Shown one piece after another: positions 41,247-55,570 of a stretch of DNA of 64,000 nt. Source of the stretch: Felis catus (Eukaryota). The notes under the pieces were generated by a model that saw only the letters and a program-made list of their open reading frames with translations, did no database searches and was not told the origin of the DNA. Each line of letters begins with the position of its first letter. The first letter of the stretch is position 1. The position numbers and the translations under genes were made by a program. The stretch lies in assembly GCF_018350175.1 (NCBI RefSeq), contig NC_058368.1:172052001-172116000 (forward strand), written 5' to 3'.

Positions 41247-44183
41247 CACCTTTATTTTCCTTACAAAATCTGTTTTCAGAAATGTCATAAACAGTCACTT
41301 CAGCCCAGGGTCCAAATAGGAACCAAACTTTAGGGTAAACCTGGGGTCTCCAGATCTTGACTTATTGTCACCTGAAAGGGAACCCCCAAGAGAATATACC
41401 CTTATCTCTACACAGAGTCATGGATTTGTAGCAGTAATAAAGGGCTTTACTCCATAAAACTCTGGCCCTGGGATACGCATGTTCCTTTATGCCTTTGTGG
41501 GTATCTATCTTCCTGTGTATCATCTTTGGCGTTGCTTTTTGTGATTCCTTTTCTTATTCTCTCATTTCCTTCATTTTCTCTTTATTTTATTCTCTTAATT
41601 GGCCACATTTAAAAAAATGTGTTACTTGTTGACTTTATCAAATTTTCTATACATTTTCTATATATTGTATGTTAGGAGTAAAACGCAATTGTAACTTATT
41701 TAAAGGTTCAGGATCAACCATATATATTTTGTAGCATTTATCACTAACTGTCATTGTAGTATGCATTTATTGTTTATCTCTCCCAATATGATGCAAACTC
41801 CCCAAGGGCTGGGGACTTGGTCTTGTTCTGTGCTATATCCCAAGTGGGTTGGTCTCCAGCTGCCCCAGAAGTCTTCATTTACCCTGTCCCAGTCCCAACC
41901 CTTTCCCTTTCACCTAAAAGTAAGCATATCTTTACTCTTATGGTCATCATTTTCTTCTTTCCTTTAGAGTCTGTCCACCCAAGATGCATCTCTAAGCCTT
42001 ATAGTTTAACTTGCTTTTTAAGAAGTATACATCTTTCAAGTTTCTTCCAATACTCCAAGTGCCCCTCAATTCCCCTGCTGCCCCCCCTTTCCCTTTATAG
42101 CTTAATTCTGGAAGAAACTGGGTTGTTTTATTTGTCTTGTAGAGTTTCCCACATCTGGATTTTGCCGATCATATTCCCATGTAATTTACCCAGCTCTTCT
42201 GTATTTTCTATAAACTGGTAATGGGATTATAGACTTGATCAGATTCAGGTATAATTTGGGGTCCAACCTCTTTGTAGGTGGCATGTAGGAGACCTGCAAT
42301 AGGTGATTATCTTTCTGTGTGATGCAGGCAGCCAGTAATCCATTAATTCATTGTAAAGTGCAAAATGGTGATATTCAAATTTAAATTTACTACTTTTTTT
42401 TAAATGTGTATTTATATGTGAAAGAGAGACAGAGTGTGAGCAGGGAGGGGCAGAGAGAGAGAGGGAGACACAGAATCCAAAGCAGGCTCCAGGCTCCGAG
42501 GTGTCAGCACAGAGCCCAAAACGGGGCTCAGACTTGTGAGCTGTGAGATCATGACGCAAGCCAAAGCTGGACGCTTAGCCGACTGAGCCACCCAGGCTCC
42601 CCTAATTTTTACTTTTTTATTTTGCTGGTGAAATACTTTCATAAGGGAAAACTTCTCCTCAACTTATTAGCTTACACTGTATAGGAAAGGTAGCATAAAT
42701 GCTTGATGAAAATACACATTTAGAAAGACAAAATATGCAAAATAAATATACAAAAATAAGAAATTACTAACCATAGACTTATTCAAAGATATACTTCAAT
42801 AGGAAGAATAGCTAACTTAGAGGGAAGAAATTAAATGCAAGAAAAAATTGTGAGCACAGATATCGATAATTTAAGTAGGTAAATATGATTACTAAAAAAA
42901 TAATTTGAGGGTTAAAAAGCAATATGGGAGTGCTTAGCAGGTTGTTAAAACACTTAACTTTGTGTCTTATGTAGGAGAAAGAAAAAGCATTGAATACCTT
43001 AAGACTTTGTAGGAAAAATGTAGAGCTAAACGTGTATGTTAAAAAACAGAAATACAATGTATAACTTTGAAGACAACAAAGGAGGAAAAAGAATATAGAA
43101 AACTTTGCCAGTCCCAAAGAAGAGACAAAAGGAATAAAAAGAAAAAAAGAAAAAGGACAGTAAAGAGAAGACCCAAATTAGATGGTAGAATAATTCCAAA
43201 TACACCAAGATCATTGTATGAATTCATTGGATAGAACTCATTTACTAAAAGATCATCCCAAGTGATTAAAAAGCAAGCAAGCAAACAAACAGCAAAACTA
43301 TATCTAGTTCAAGAAACAAACTTAAAGTGTGCTTGACTGGCTCAGCTGGTAAAGCATGTAACATATGACTCTTGATCTTGGGGCTGTGAGTTTGAGCCCC
43401 ACGTTGGGTGTAGAGATTGCTAAATACATACATACATACATGTGAAACATACTTAAAACCATCCACAAATATGAAAATAAAGGAAAAATGTAACAATCAA
43501 ATAAAAATGCAAAAGAAAACCATGCAGAAGAATAATAGTATTTAGTGGAATTAATAGCAAACAAATGAAATTTAAGATTAAAAGCATCATTTGGGGTGAC
43601 AAGTAAAACTCTTTAATGAAAAAGAATAATTTGCCAGAAGATAGAGCAATCAAGAACCATAGAAGGATGTTTAACCAAACAGATTCAAGAGGGAAGATCT
43701 TAACACCCCTTTAACTAATAGGTCAAGCTGGCCAAAAGAAATAAAATTCATAAGCTTGCTTGAATTGATATAGAACAAAGGAATGAGAGCTTCCCCCCTG
43801 GTGGATCATAAGGTATTGATCCCCAAAAGCCATACAGTTGTCAGGGCAGGGCTTGATTTATTGGAGTCTGCGCATTGTGACAGACCAAAATAATACAAAT
43901 CAAGGGAGGATGTGGGGGAAACGGCACTATCATGTGTTGCTGGTGGGAGATGAAATGTTACAACCATTTTAGAGAGCTGTTTATCAAATAAGCTATTTAT
44001 CAAATGAAGGGATTATCAAAATTGATGATCTGCGTATCCAGCAATTCTACTTGTTAGGTGTATACCACAGAGAAACTCTAATGTGTGTAGATTAAGTAGA
44101 TATGTACAAGAACATTTCTTACAGTATTTTTTTTTGAAACTAGGAAAAACTGGAAGTAACTTAAATGTGCATCAACAGGAAAA

Positions 44184-46145
44184 TGGTTTATGAAAATGAA
44201 ATTGTAGGTAATTAAGTGAGCTACAGTTACTATATTAACATGAGATAAATTACATGTTGTGAAGAGGGAATATATATATGTATATATATACATATACATA
44301 TAATTTTTTTAAGTAAGCTCTCTGCCCAACGTGGGGCTTGAAGTCACAGTCCCAAGATCAAGAGTCACATGCTGTACCAACTGAGCCAGCCAGGCACCCC
44401 TAACAATGGTATTATTTATGGATACATCATAGTATGATAAAAATATGAAAAGGGGCAGAGGAATGATACACACCAACATTTATAGAATGATTGTCCAAGA
44501 AAGGGGGAAAGAGGCTTGCAATACTTTAAAATAAATAAACCTACAGAGTGATTACTGATAGTATTATAGTCTATAAATATGCATATAAAGTATGGGTAGG
44601 CTCACTTAAGTTTATACAAGTCTGAGAAAAAGGTCTGTTGTCATTAGAATGGTACACATAGGTGTCTGCTGTCCATTTTCAGAATTGCTACAGTTGTATC
44701 ACCAAGGCAATAATCTAAATTCCTTGGGAAGTGTGGCAGATAGGAACCACATGCTAGTTTTAGCTGAGTTGTCCTTCATTTTTTTATGGTTTATAAATAC
44801 ACCCAACTTAAGTCAGGCTTGTGTAACTTGGGTAGAAGCAATCCAAGTTGCACCTTCATTGAGTGTTTTATCTGCAAGTTTCTTGGGAAATTCAAAATAA
44901 ATATAAAATATTTTCTCACACTCAAAGGACTTAAAAACTAATTCCAACAATTAGACAAATAGAGAACAGTATAAAACCAAAGGTGGGCTGATTGTATGTC
45001 TTGTGTTATAAGGATTTAGAAAAGTTGAGGATCAGGATGAGCTCTGGTAGTAACTGGTGATGCTTCATGAAGTGGAACTTGGAGTGGGGTCTCAAAAATG
45101 AGAAGAACTTATCCTGATATGAATTTAAAGGCAATACTTTAGCTGTGCTCTTCTTCCAGATCTAAGTAAGATTCACTTCCATCAACCATTGACACTAGAT
45201 TTAGAAGCAGCTCAGCTTAGAAAACATCGGTCCAGTGGGGAACATTTAGTTGGATAACTGAGCGCTCAGCTCTTTCCATGCTCTGTCTGACTCTTTACTG
45301 GGTTGAAAACTGAAATGAGAAGAATGATCATGCCATCCTTCTTTCTGTCCCCTCCAAGTGTGGTGCAACATATGGCAAGTAGCAGAAACCCAAAAGCAAA
45401 TGTAAAAACAAGAGCTTATTGAACACATACTGAAGTTTAATAGACATGAACAGTCAGGATTCAAAGGGCTTGTAAATTGAAAGTCAGTCTTGAAATCTAC
45501 TTTCTCTGTCTCTCCACTCTCTTTCTTTTGCTTTTCTGTCTCTGTCTCTGTTGCCTGGCTCCCTCTGTTCACTCATCTTGCACAAAGCTCAAAATGGCAG
45601 CCTAAACTTTAAATACACATTCCCTTTGGTTTTGCAATTCCATTTCTTAGAATGTATACTGTGGATATACTTATACAAGTGTGCAAAAATAAATGTATAA
45701 AGGTTTTTGAAAACAAACAAACAAACAAAAAAACCCAGAAGCAATCTACATGTCCACAAATAAGGGACTACTTAAATAAATTATGGTATGTCCATTCAAT
45801 GATACTGATACATACTGATTCCCCCTTTCTTGGACAATCATTCTATAAATGTTGGTTTGTATCATTCCTCTGCCTCTTTTCATATTTTTATCATACTCCT
45901 ATGTATCCATAAATAATACCATTGTTAGGGGTGCCTGGCTGGCTCAATTGGTACAGTGTGTGACTCTTGATCTTGAGATTGTGACCTCAAGCCCCATGTT
46001 GGGCAGAGAGCTTCCTTAAAAAAATTGTATATATAAATATATATATATATTTTTCCCTCTTCACAACATGTACTTGTAATTTATCTCATGTTAATATAGT
46101 AACTGTAGCTCACTTAATTACCTAGAATTTCATTTTCGTAAACCA
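44184..46145. repeat. Inverted duplication with arms 44184-44509 and 45819-46145
   Basis: Reverse-complement identity over about 326 bp, including non-SINE flanks on both sides of an embedded short SINE. Confidence 0.92.
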
Positions 46146-47261
46146 GTTCATGCCAGTATTCATTGATTCTTTCTCCTTTTTTTTTAAGACATGTCTATTT
46201 TTTTTAATTTTCTTTATTTATTTTGAGAGAGAATGAGAGCATGTATGAGTGAAGGAGGGGCAGAGGGAGAGAGAGGGAGAGAGAGAATCCAAAGCAGGCT
46301 CTGTGCACTGACAGCACGGAGTCCTATGTGGGGCTTGAACTCATGAACTGTGAGATCATGACCTGAGTCAAAATCAAGAGTTGGTCGCTTAACCAACTGA
46401 GACACCAAGGTGCCCTTCCCATTAAAATCTTAAAATTGAATTTCCTCCCCAAAAGTCAGAAAGTAATTTTGGAGGCACTGAAGTGTCAAGAGTATCACTA
46501 TCTCTGTGATATGGGAGCTGTAATAAGACGCTTAATGGACTGAGCCACCCTGGTGCCCCTATTCCTTTTCCTTGTGAGTATAGAAGGAATACATTTCTGC
46601 CCTTCGAGGGTGGGCATGCTGATGTGTTTTGCTTTGTTCTCTGAAATTCAAAAAGGATTTTAAGAGTCTATGTGAGGTTCTCCATGCTCTTCTGGTGCAG
46701 TAATTACAGAGACACACACTGGGAGGCTTCTGTCATGAGACAGAAGCAGCCGGAGCACGGAGCCTTCACAGGGAGGACAGCGGATGCCATATGCAAGAAA
46801 TAAATGTCTGCAGCATTAAGCCACTTTGAGATTCTGATGTTGTTTGTTATCATGACATAATCTAGATCATCCTGACTGATACAGTACACTGTGCAGTCAG
46901 TGAAATGAATGAGATTATTATGTATGTACTGAAATGGAAAATTAGATTATTAAGGAGAAAACACAAGGGACATGAATGTAAAGAGAATTATTCTATTTAT
47001 GATTTTATAAAAATGTTACCTATAGAAAAAGAAAGACTGAGGAACTCTTTCAAATTAAAGGAGACTAAAGAGGCATGACAACTAAATGCAGTGTGTGATC
47101 TTGGATTGGCTTCTGGAACAGAAAAAAATTCTTTTTCTTCTGCTACAAAAGGCATTAGTGGAGTAATTAGTAAAATTTGAATAAGGTCTATAGATTAGGT
47201 AATAATATTCAATTGATATTAATCTCTTGATTTTTATAATTATACTATGTTTATATTTTAT

Positions 47262-47713
47262 TTAAAAAAAAAATTTTTTTTTTTAACGTTTATTCATTTC
47301 TGAGACAGAGACAGAGCATGAACAGGGGAGGGTCAGAGAGAGGGAGACACAGAATCTGAAACAGGCTCCAGGCTCTGAGCTGTCAGCACAGAGCCCGACG
47401 CGGGGCTCGAACTCACAGAACGCGAGATCATGACCTGAGCCGAAGTCGGACGCTCAACCGACTGAGCCACCCAGGCGCCCCTATGTTTATATTTTAAAAA
47501 ATTAATGTTTATTTATTTTTGAGAGAGAGAGAGAGACAGAGCGTGAGCAGGGGAGAGGCAGAGAGAGAGGGAGACACAGAATCCAAAGCAGACTCCAGGC
47601 TCTGAGTTGTCAGCACAGAGCCAGATGCGGGGCTCAAACCCACAGACTGGGCTGAGAGATCATGACCTGAGCTGAAGTGGGACACTTAACTGACTGAACC
47701 ACCCAGGCATCCC
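47262..47713 (-). mobile_element. Two tandem minus-strand CanSINEs within an L1M 3' relic
   Basis: The younger copy has TSD ctatgtttatattt. Heads end at 47481 and 47713. Confidence 0.88.
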
Positions 47714-47836
47714 TAATTGTACTATATTTATAAAGGAAAATGTTATTTTCAGGAAATATACACTGATGTATTTAGTGGTAAAGGGGCATCATATTTGCAA
47801 TTCAGTCTCACATTGTTCAGGAAAAAAGTATATATG

Positions 47837-47884
<48 letters not shown>

Positions 47885-49056
47885 AGAGAGAGACTATATG
47901 TATATAGAGAGAAAATTATATATATATGAGAGAGAAGGAATAATAAACCAAATGTGGCAAAATGCTAATACTTGAGAAATTCAGGTGAAGGGTATGTGTT
48001 TTTGGTACTATTTTTGTAATTTTTCTGTAAGTCTGAAATTATCAAAACAAAAAGGCAAAAATCTCTCTTTATATATGTATGTCCATGTGTATATATATAT
48101 ACACAGGTGGATGGGTAGACGGAACTGGATCTCTGGGGCATAAAAGAGACTTTTATTTTTCTTGGGTGCCCTTTCATTCCATTTGAATTCTCCAGAAATG
48201 ATCCATGCTTGTTATTATTTGCAGACACAAAGTTTTGAGGTGATTTGTTTCTCAGCAGTAGATAACAAATGCACCAGATGACCCCTTGCAAAATGCAAAC
48301 TGCTACAGGAGAAAGATGACAGCCCGAGCCACAACCAGAAAAGAGACTTTAACAACATTCAGTTATAGTGTGAAAGAAAATGTCTGAAAACATTAAGCAT
48401 AATTTTCTTCTTTTACAGTTTAATAGGTAAATTTAATTTATTTTTGAGAGAGAGAAAGAGCGAGAGCGAGAGAGTGCATGAGCAGGGAGGGGCACAAAGA
48501 GGGGGAGACACAGAATCTGAAGCAGGCTCCAGGCTCTGAGCTGTTGGCACAGAGCCTGATGCGGGGCTCAAACTCACGAACCCGTGAGATCATGACCTGA
48601 GCTGAAGTAGGACATTTAACCGACTGAGCCACCCAGGCACCCCATAAAAAAAAAAAAGAAAAATAAGGAAAAGATGGTAGAGGGGACCTGGGTGGTTTGG
48701 TCAGTTAAACGTCTAACTCTTGATCTCAGCTCAGGTCTTGATCTCAGGGTGATGAGTTCAAGCCCACATTGGGCTCTGTGCTGGGTGTGAAGTCTATCTA
48801 AAGTAACAATAATAATAAAAAATAATAATAATAATAAAAGAAAAGATGGTAATGATGAAACCTGAGTTAGTGGTCTGGAAATGGAAGAAAGATTTCAAAA
48901 TACAGTGGGGGGAAAAAAAGCAATAGAAATGGTGAAAAAATGAAGACATGAAGGGCCGGTATGGGAGATCTAACATGTAAATAATAAGATTACCAGAAGG
49001 AGGAAAAGGAATGAATAGAGGAGAGGCAATAACTGAATTAAAAGAGGAAGAAAATC

Positions 49057-49063
49057 ATGCTCA

Positions 49064-49113
<50 letters not shown>

Positions 49114-49180
49114 GGCCCCTGCGCAAGGATGACACGCAAATTCGTGAAGCGTTCCATATTAAAAAAAAAAAAAAAAAAAA
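49057..49180 (+). pseudogene. U6 snRNA processed retrocopy (near full length plus poly(A))
   Basis: 49057-49160 matches the U6 sequence with two G>A changes near the 5' end. A20 tail at 49161-49180. TSD ggaagaaaatc at 49046-49056 and 49181-49191. No U6 PSE/TATA context upstream. Confidence 0.95.
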
Positions 49181-49271
49181 GGAAGAAAATCTCTTAGAAC
49201 TAAAGAACAATTTGAATTTAAAGATTGAAAGGCTTTCCTGAATTCCAGTCAGACTGATTAACAACAACAAT

Positions 49272-49302
<31 letters not shown>

Positions 49303-49775
49303 GATATACCCACTTACATACAAGTATGTTCTGGGGAAATTCCTGAACTCCAAAAGTGAAAGTACTGATTTTATTGTATTTTTTTCAAAGTACTAATTTT
49401 AGAATCTGTTGGATAGAAAGAAAAATTTACTTAAAAAGGAAAAATATCAGCCTAGCATGAGATTTTGCATTAAAAACCCAAAGTCAGGGGCACCTGGGTG
49501 GCTCAGTGGGTTGAGCGGTTGAAGCGTCCAACTTTGGTTCAGGTCATGAACTCATGGTTCAAGAGTTCAAGCCCCACATTAGGCTTGCTGCTGTCAGCGA
49601 GGAGCCTGCTTCAGATCCTACATCCCCTTTGTTTCTGACCCTCCCTGCTTGCGTTCTCTCTCTCAAAAATAAATAAACCTTAAAAAAAAACAAAACAAAA
49701 AACCCTGAAGCTCGAGAGAATGAAATGAAATCCACAGACTACCAAGGGAAAACCAAACAAACAAAACAACAAAAA

Positions 49776-50000
49776 GGGGCGCCTGGGTGGCGCAGTCGGT
49801 TAAGCGTCCGACTTCAGCCAGGTCACGATCTCGCGGTCCGTGAGTTCGAGCCCCGCGTCGGGCTCTGGGCTGATGGCTCAGAGCCTGGAGCCTGTTTCCG
49901 ATTCTGTGTCTCCCTCTCTCTCTGCCCCTCCCCCGTTCATGCTCTGTCTCTCTCTGTCCCAAAAATAAATAAACGTTGAAAAAAAAAATTGTTTAAAAAA
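49776..50000 (+). mobile_element. Young SINEC_Fc
   Basis: Consensus-like with all CpGs intact. Confidence 0.92.
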
Positions 50001-51632
50001 CAACAACAACAACAACAACAAAACCCTACCCAGGGATCTTTACCCAGCTTAGATACTGTTCATTTGTTAGAGTGAAAGAAAGGTCTGTGTGCATCTAGGG
50101 AGACTAGGACATCACAGGAGTTCCCATCAGTGAGAGAGACAGCTAGAACCCAGAATGGGGCAAGGGGGCAGCACACTATTTACTGTGAGGTGTTAGGAAT
50201 CTGGACCTGATCCAGAACTTCTTAAGTGTGCATGCAAACTAAAATTAACAACGATGAATATTTAAAAAACAACAGTCGCTTTTTACCAAGATGCAATAAT
50301 TGAAAAGAACATAATTCCTATGGCTAGTAGCAACAGCGGTGAGTGCAGGAGAGGGCTCGCTCATACACTACATTTGGAACTGTGAATTCAATGCGGGCCA
50401 TTGGCAAAGCAATCTGGCAGTGCCTATTAAAATAAAAAATATGCATACGTTTGCCTCAGTAATCTCCTTCCTGCTGGTCCTTAGAAGTAAAGGCACTAAT
50501 ACATAAGCATTATTATTACGTATATTAAGTATATTATTTTATTGCAGCACTTTTTGTAGGGACAAAAAATTGGAAACAAAGTGTATAACCATCACGAAGG
50601 AAATAACTGGCTAAATCGTAGTATATTCACATCATAGAATATTAAGCATAGAATATTCCATTCGCAGCATAGAATATTAAGCACTATTATATAGCTAAAA
50701 GAATGAGTGAGGTCTCCATCAAATGACTTGCAGAGATTTCCACTATGTATTTTACTAAGAAAGGCAATCCAGAGAATTTTTATAAGAATCCTTTTATTTT
50801 GTAAAATGGTGAGGAGGAAATCCCCACGTATGTGAGTTTGTCTAATTAAAAGAGTAGGTAGAACGTGTGGAAGGGCACGCAGAGGTTGTTAACTTGCTCA
50901 GAGGAGGGCGATGGAGTTAGCCGGAAGAAGGGAAGAGAGAGGAGGTAAACAGGACCAAGGACATAAGCTTAAGCAATAATTCATGACAGGCAGAGCACCT
51001 GTGTAGAGTGGGCTGATGCTTTGCAAATAAAGCTTTCAATTTGTGAAAACTAACATATGTTTTTGTACAGCTTTTATGGTTGTTTTCTAACTATGGAGCT
51101 CTGGCAGAATGGGTGTTTTACCCAAATTAGGGATGCATACTATATATTCCAAGTTTAGCAATGCAAATTCTCTTCCTTAGGAAATTAAATAAACAGACAT
51201 TAATGTAAGTGCTGAATCAAAGCCAAACCAGCAGTGCTTTTGAAACCTGGCAATCTGCCTGTTGATCATTATTTGATCAGTAGATAATCTTTAAGATTTA
51301 CATGATTTTGGGAACTGTAGATACATGGTTCACATACCCTGTTGTCATGAAAACAATGATATGTATATGGGCAAATGTATGGAAATTAACAATCCGTTTT
51401 TGCATATTAATAATATCATGGCTTAGGCTTTTTAAGCATAAACATTACATACATTATTTATTTCCAGCATGGGTCCTTCATTGATCTGCATGAATTTTTC
51501 GTTTTCAAAGTTAGGAAAATTAACTCTTAGAAAATCATTTACTAGTAAAAACAATGAAGCTTTTTAAGTAGTAAAATAGAGGGCACTTAATTTTTTTTTT
51601 CAAGTTTATTTAAGAGAAAGAGGAGAGAGACA

Positions 51633-51688
<56 letters not shown>

Positions 51689-54628
51689 CAGAGGGGAGGG
51701 ACAGTGATGTCGGGCTCAAACCCACCAACCATGAGGTCATAACCTGAGCTGAAATCAAGAGTGGGGTGTTTAACTGACTGAGCCACCCAGGTGCCCCAGA
51801 GGGCACTTAATTTTTGCTTAAACAAAAAAATTTCTCTTTGGGTGCCTGGGTGGCTCAGTCGGTTAAATGTCCAACTTCAGCCCAGGTCATTATCTCATGG
51901 TTCGTGAGTTCAAGCCCTGTATCAGCTTTGTGCTAACAGTTCAGAGCCTGAAGCCTGCTTCAGATTCTGGGTCTCCCTCTCTCTCTGCTCCTCCCTCACT
52001 CATGCTCTGTCTCTCTGTCTCTCAAAAGTAAATAAATGTTTTAAAAAAATTTTTTTAGAAATTTCTCAGTAAGAATATCAACATGAGTGGGGCTCCTGGG
52101 TGGATCAGTAGGTTGGGCATCCAACTTCAGCTTGGGTCATGATCTCACTGCTTGTGAGTTTCAGCCCTGCATCAGGCTCTGTGCTGACAGCTCAGAGCCT
52201 GGAGCCTGCTTCTGTGTCTCCCTCTCTCTCTGCCCCTCTCCCACTCACACTCTGTCTCTTTCTCTCAAAAATAAATAAACGCTAAAAAAAAAAAAAAAGA
52301 ATATCAACATGAGTGGTGAAGTTTGATGTATTAACTCTCTTCATGGACATTTGCAATTTTAGAAAGGAAAAGCTTTAGAATAAAGGAGTTTTTCTAACTC
52401 CTAGTGAGAAAATAGTAGTCCTTTAATAGTCCTCTAGTAGTATTTCTAACATTAATGAAAATATAGGTTTGGCCCCTAGTGGGCAGGGAGCCTTCTATCA
52501 TGCAGAGGACTAGAACCAAGAATAGGGCCCTGTTCCTGTCCACCTGGCTCATGCCCTTAAACCTGCTGCACTCCTCAGAGCCCTAGCCAACAAAAGCTAG
52601 TTGTAGACCCTCCCAGGCTGATTAGAACAATTACCAAAATCTCTTTGTTCTTTTCCAACTTGATTTTTTCTTACTGTCTGTAACCCAGGAAGTTAGAGAA
52701 ACCCCCTCACCCAAATCTCCCTTCCAATTCCACACCCTTTCCCCAAATTCTGATTCTGTTTAGGACCGTCCAGGCCTGATATTTGGACTTGGCCTCCCAG
52801 CTACAATTTGGCTTTCTCCTCTCCCAAATGGTTTTGATCTAGACTCTGCCCATCTCCTTTGCAGGGCCCTACATCAGCCTTAATTATACTGATGGGAAGC
52901 TACATCAGATGTTAAATTGTCATCTTAATGTTGCTTAAAGAGTGTTGAGTTGACACGAAGCTTAAGTTGAGTGATATTTAAAGGTTAAAGGTCCTATCAG
53001 AGTCGATGTATGGAAGTGCTAACAAGCAGGTAGTCAAGTTAGTTACTCAGTGTGTCTGTAGTCTCTGGGATTTGGAGAGGCAGTGCTAGATTCAGCATTT
53101 CAGATCTCTCTCAGGCTTTCCCCTCTATGCCTTGTTGACTCATTGTTTTGTTTTGTTTTTTAGAGATGTGAATAATATTAGCCAACTGTCTGATTCAGCT
53201 CTTCCCACTTGGACCTGTCAGCAGTTTTCTGAAGATATCATATTTCATTCATGGTATATTGATTTAATTATTGTAACTGGAGTATTCTCAAGTTCATCAG
53301 ATTTCAGAGATCGTTTTGTTCAGGGCCAAAGTAGCAGGGTCTAAAGTCCCATTTCCACCTTCAAGGTAGCCCTCTTGCTTTGGACAATTGCTCAATTCCT
53401 GCCAATCATCTCTTGGTCTCTTATAATTTTTTTTCAGGCTGCTTTTCTCTCCATGCATTATGTAGGACACAGAATGTCCGAGCTTATGTGCCGGCACTTG
53501 AGCAAGTTGAGCAGAAAGAAGGTATTTCTTCCCCATTAAGCCCAGCCAACATCCCAGCATTGGGTCTTGGGACTTGGCTTGGGTTCCTAGAGTATCCCTT
53601 AAATAATCACTGTGACAAATGCTCTCAGAGACTAGGGGCCAGAATGAAGGGGATGGGGGTGAGGAATCAAACCCACAGAAACACAGGGATGAGAGTAGGG
53701 GAGGAGTAGCTTCTGAAGGAAGCTACCAGAGGGAAATGGATGGTGAGAAGTGAAAACGAAACAAAACAAAACAGATGTTCACTTGCTTGGACATTAGCAA
53801 GGACATTACAGAAGAGAAAAGAAAAAAAAAATCAACTTTAAAATTAATGCATCAGTATGCATCTAGGTCCATCTCTGCAGAAGGCTGCTACATTGGCTGT
53901 CACCCTTCTTAGGCCCCTAGTGGCAGGGGCATCTTTGAGAGAATAGATGATACATGTGGGAATCCCTGACCTTAAACTCTACCCAGGGTGCAGGCCTTCT
54001 ACTATACCCCCTTTTTTTTCCCTTCTAAAAAGAGGGTAACCTTCCTGCCTGCTCCTCTTCCTTTCTGTACCATCATAGCCCTCTTTCTGCAGAGCCTCAA
54101 CTCTGCTCAAGGGAAGATACAATTCTGCATTGTTCTGCAGAGCTGTTTACCTTTCAGTGGTTTCTAATTCTTCTAATCCTCTAATGGGAAGGCCTTTGAT
54201 TTTGTATGATCAAAGGCCTATTGAAAAACATTTTTTTTCCAAATCAAAAGAGCAGTCTCAAGCCTTAACTGAGGACTTCCTCAGCCTCTAGATAAGAAGA
54301 CTGCCTATGTCAGTTTGGACTCCTGTCTGCATAAAAGAGAAAAAAGCCCAATATTGTGGCTTAAACAAGATCGAGGTTTATCACTCTGTCAGTAAAAGAA
54401 GCCTAGAAATAGGGCCTCCAGTGTTGGTTTGGCAGCTCCAAGGCCTTCAGAGACCATGGCATCTTCTATTTTGCTTCTCTGCCCAAACGATCAATTGCTG
54501 GCTGCAGGAAGGAACAAACAGGAAGGCATGAAGAAATGCCCGCCACTTTTTTTTTTTTTTTTGAGAACTTCCCAGAGGTCCTAGGCTACCCTGTGCTTAC
54601 ATCTCCTTGCCCAAAGATAGTTGCCACA

Positions 54629-55570
54629 AACCATAAGAGACTCTTAAATATAGAGAACAAACTGAGGGTTGCTGGAAGGGGTGTTGGGTGGGGGGATGGG
54701 CTAAATGGGGATGGGCATTAAGCAGGGCACCTGTTGGGATGTGCCCTGGGTGTTATATGTAAGTGATGAGTCACTAAATTCTATTCTTGAAAGCAATATT
54801 ATACTATATGTTAACTAACTTGGATTTAAATTTAAAAAAAAGAAAAGAAAAAGATAAGTCACAAAGGAGACTGAGAATGAAATACTAGAGAGAATACTTA
54901 CTAAGAATACTTACTAAGAGAAGTAAGGAAGTCAGGAGAGGGGAAAACTCAAAGGAGAGAATGGTCCATAGGGTCAGATATCATGGAGTGATCATGTAAT
55001 ATAGGCAGAGAAGAAGGTGCGCATTATTTGGTGATTGGAAAGTTAATGATGGCTTTGGTTAGAGCAGTTTCCATTGAGTAGCAGGAAAAGAATGAAGTGC
55101 ATTGGGGTTGAGGGGTGCATTCATGAAGACTCGGAAATGAGTGTGCATCATTTTAAGAAGTTTACATTCAAATAGCAAGAGAGACATAATAGCTAGAAAG
55201 GCGAACATAATTTTAGGATCTAGAGAATATTAAGCTAAGTGAAATAAGCCAGTCAGAGAAAGACAAATACCATATGATCTCACTCATATGTGGAATTTAA
55301 GAAACAAAACAGTGAACAAAGGGAAGAAAAAGAGAGAAGCCAAAAAACCAGACTCTTAACCATAGAGAACAAACAGATAATTACCAGAGGGGAGGGGAGT
55401 TTGGGGGATGGGTGAGATAAGTGAAGAGGATTAAAGAGAGCACTTGTCATGAGGAGCACTGACTAATATATGGAATTGTTGAGACACCATATTGTACACC
55501 TGAAACTCATACAGCACTGTATGTTAGGTACACTGGAATTAAAATTAAATTTAAAAAAATTTTAAAAAGA
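54629..55570 (+). mobile_element. Composite insertion: L1 3' end, L2 fragment, second L1 3' end
   Basis: L1 3'UTR-like at 54629-54850, antisense L2-like at about 54855-55200, L1 3' end at about 55216-55570. Flanked by atagttgccaca at 54617-54628 and 55571-55582. Confidence 0.75.

Noticed and set aside
49011..49300. ORFs over the U6 copy, and U6 as a functional snRNA gene
   Set aside because: The poly(A), TSD, loss of the T-run terminator and absence of an upstream promoter indicate a retrocopy.
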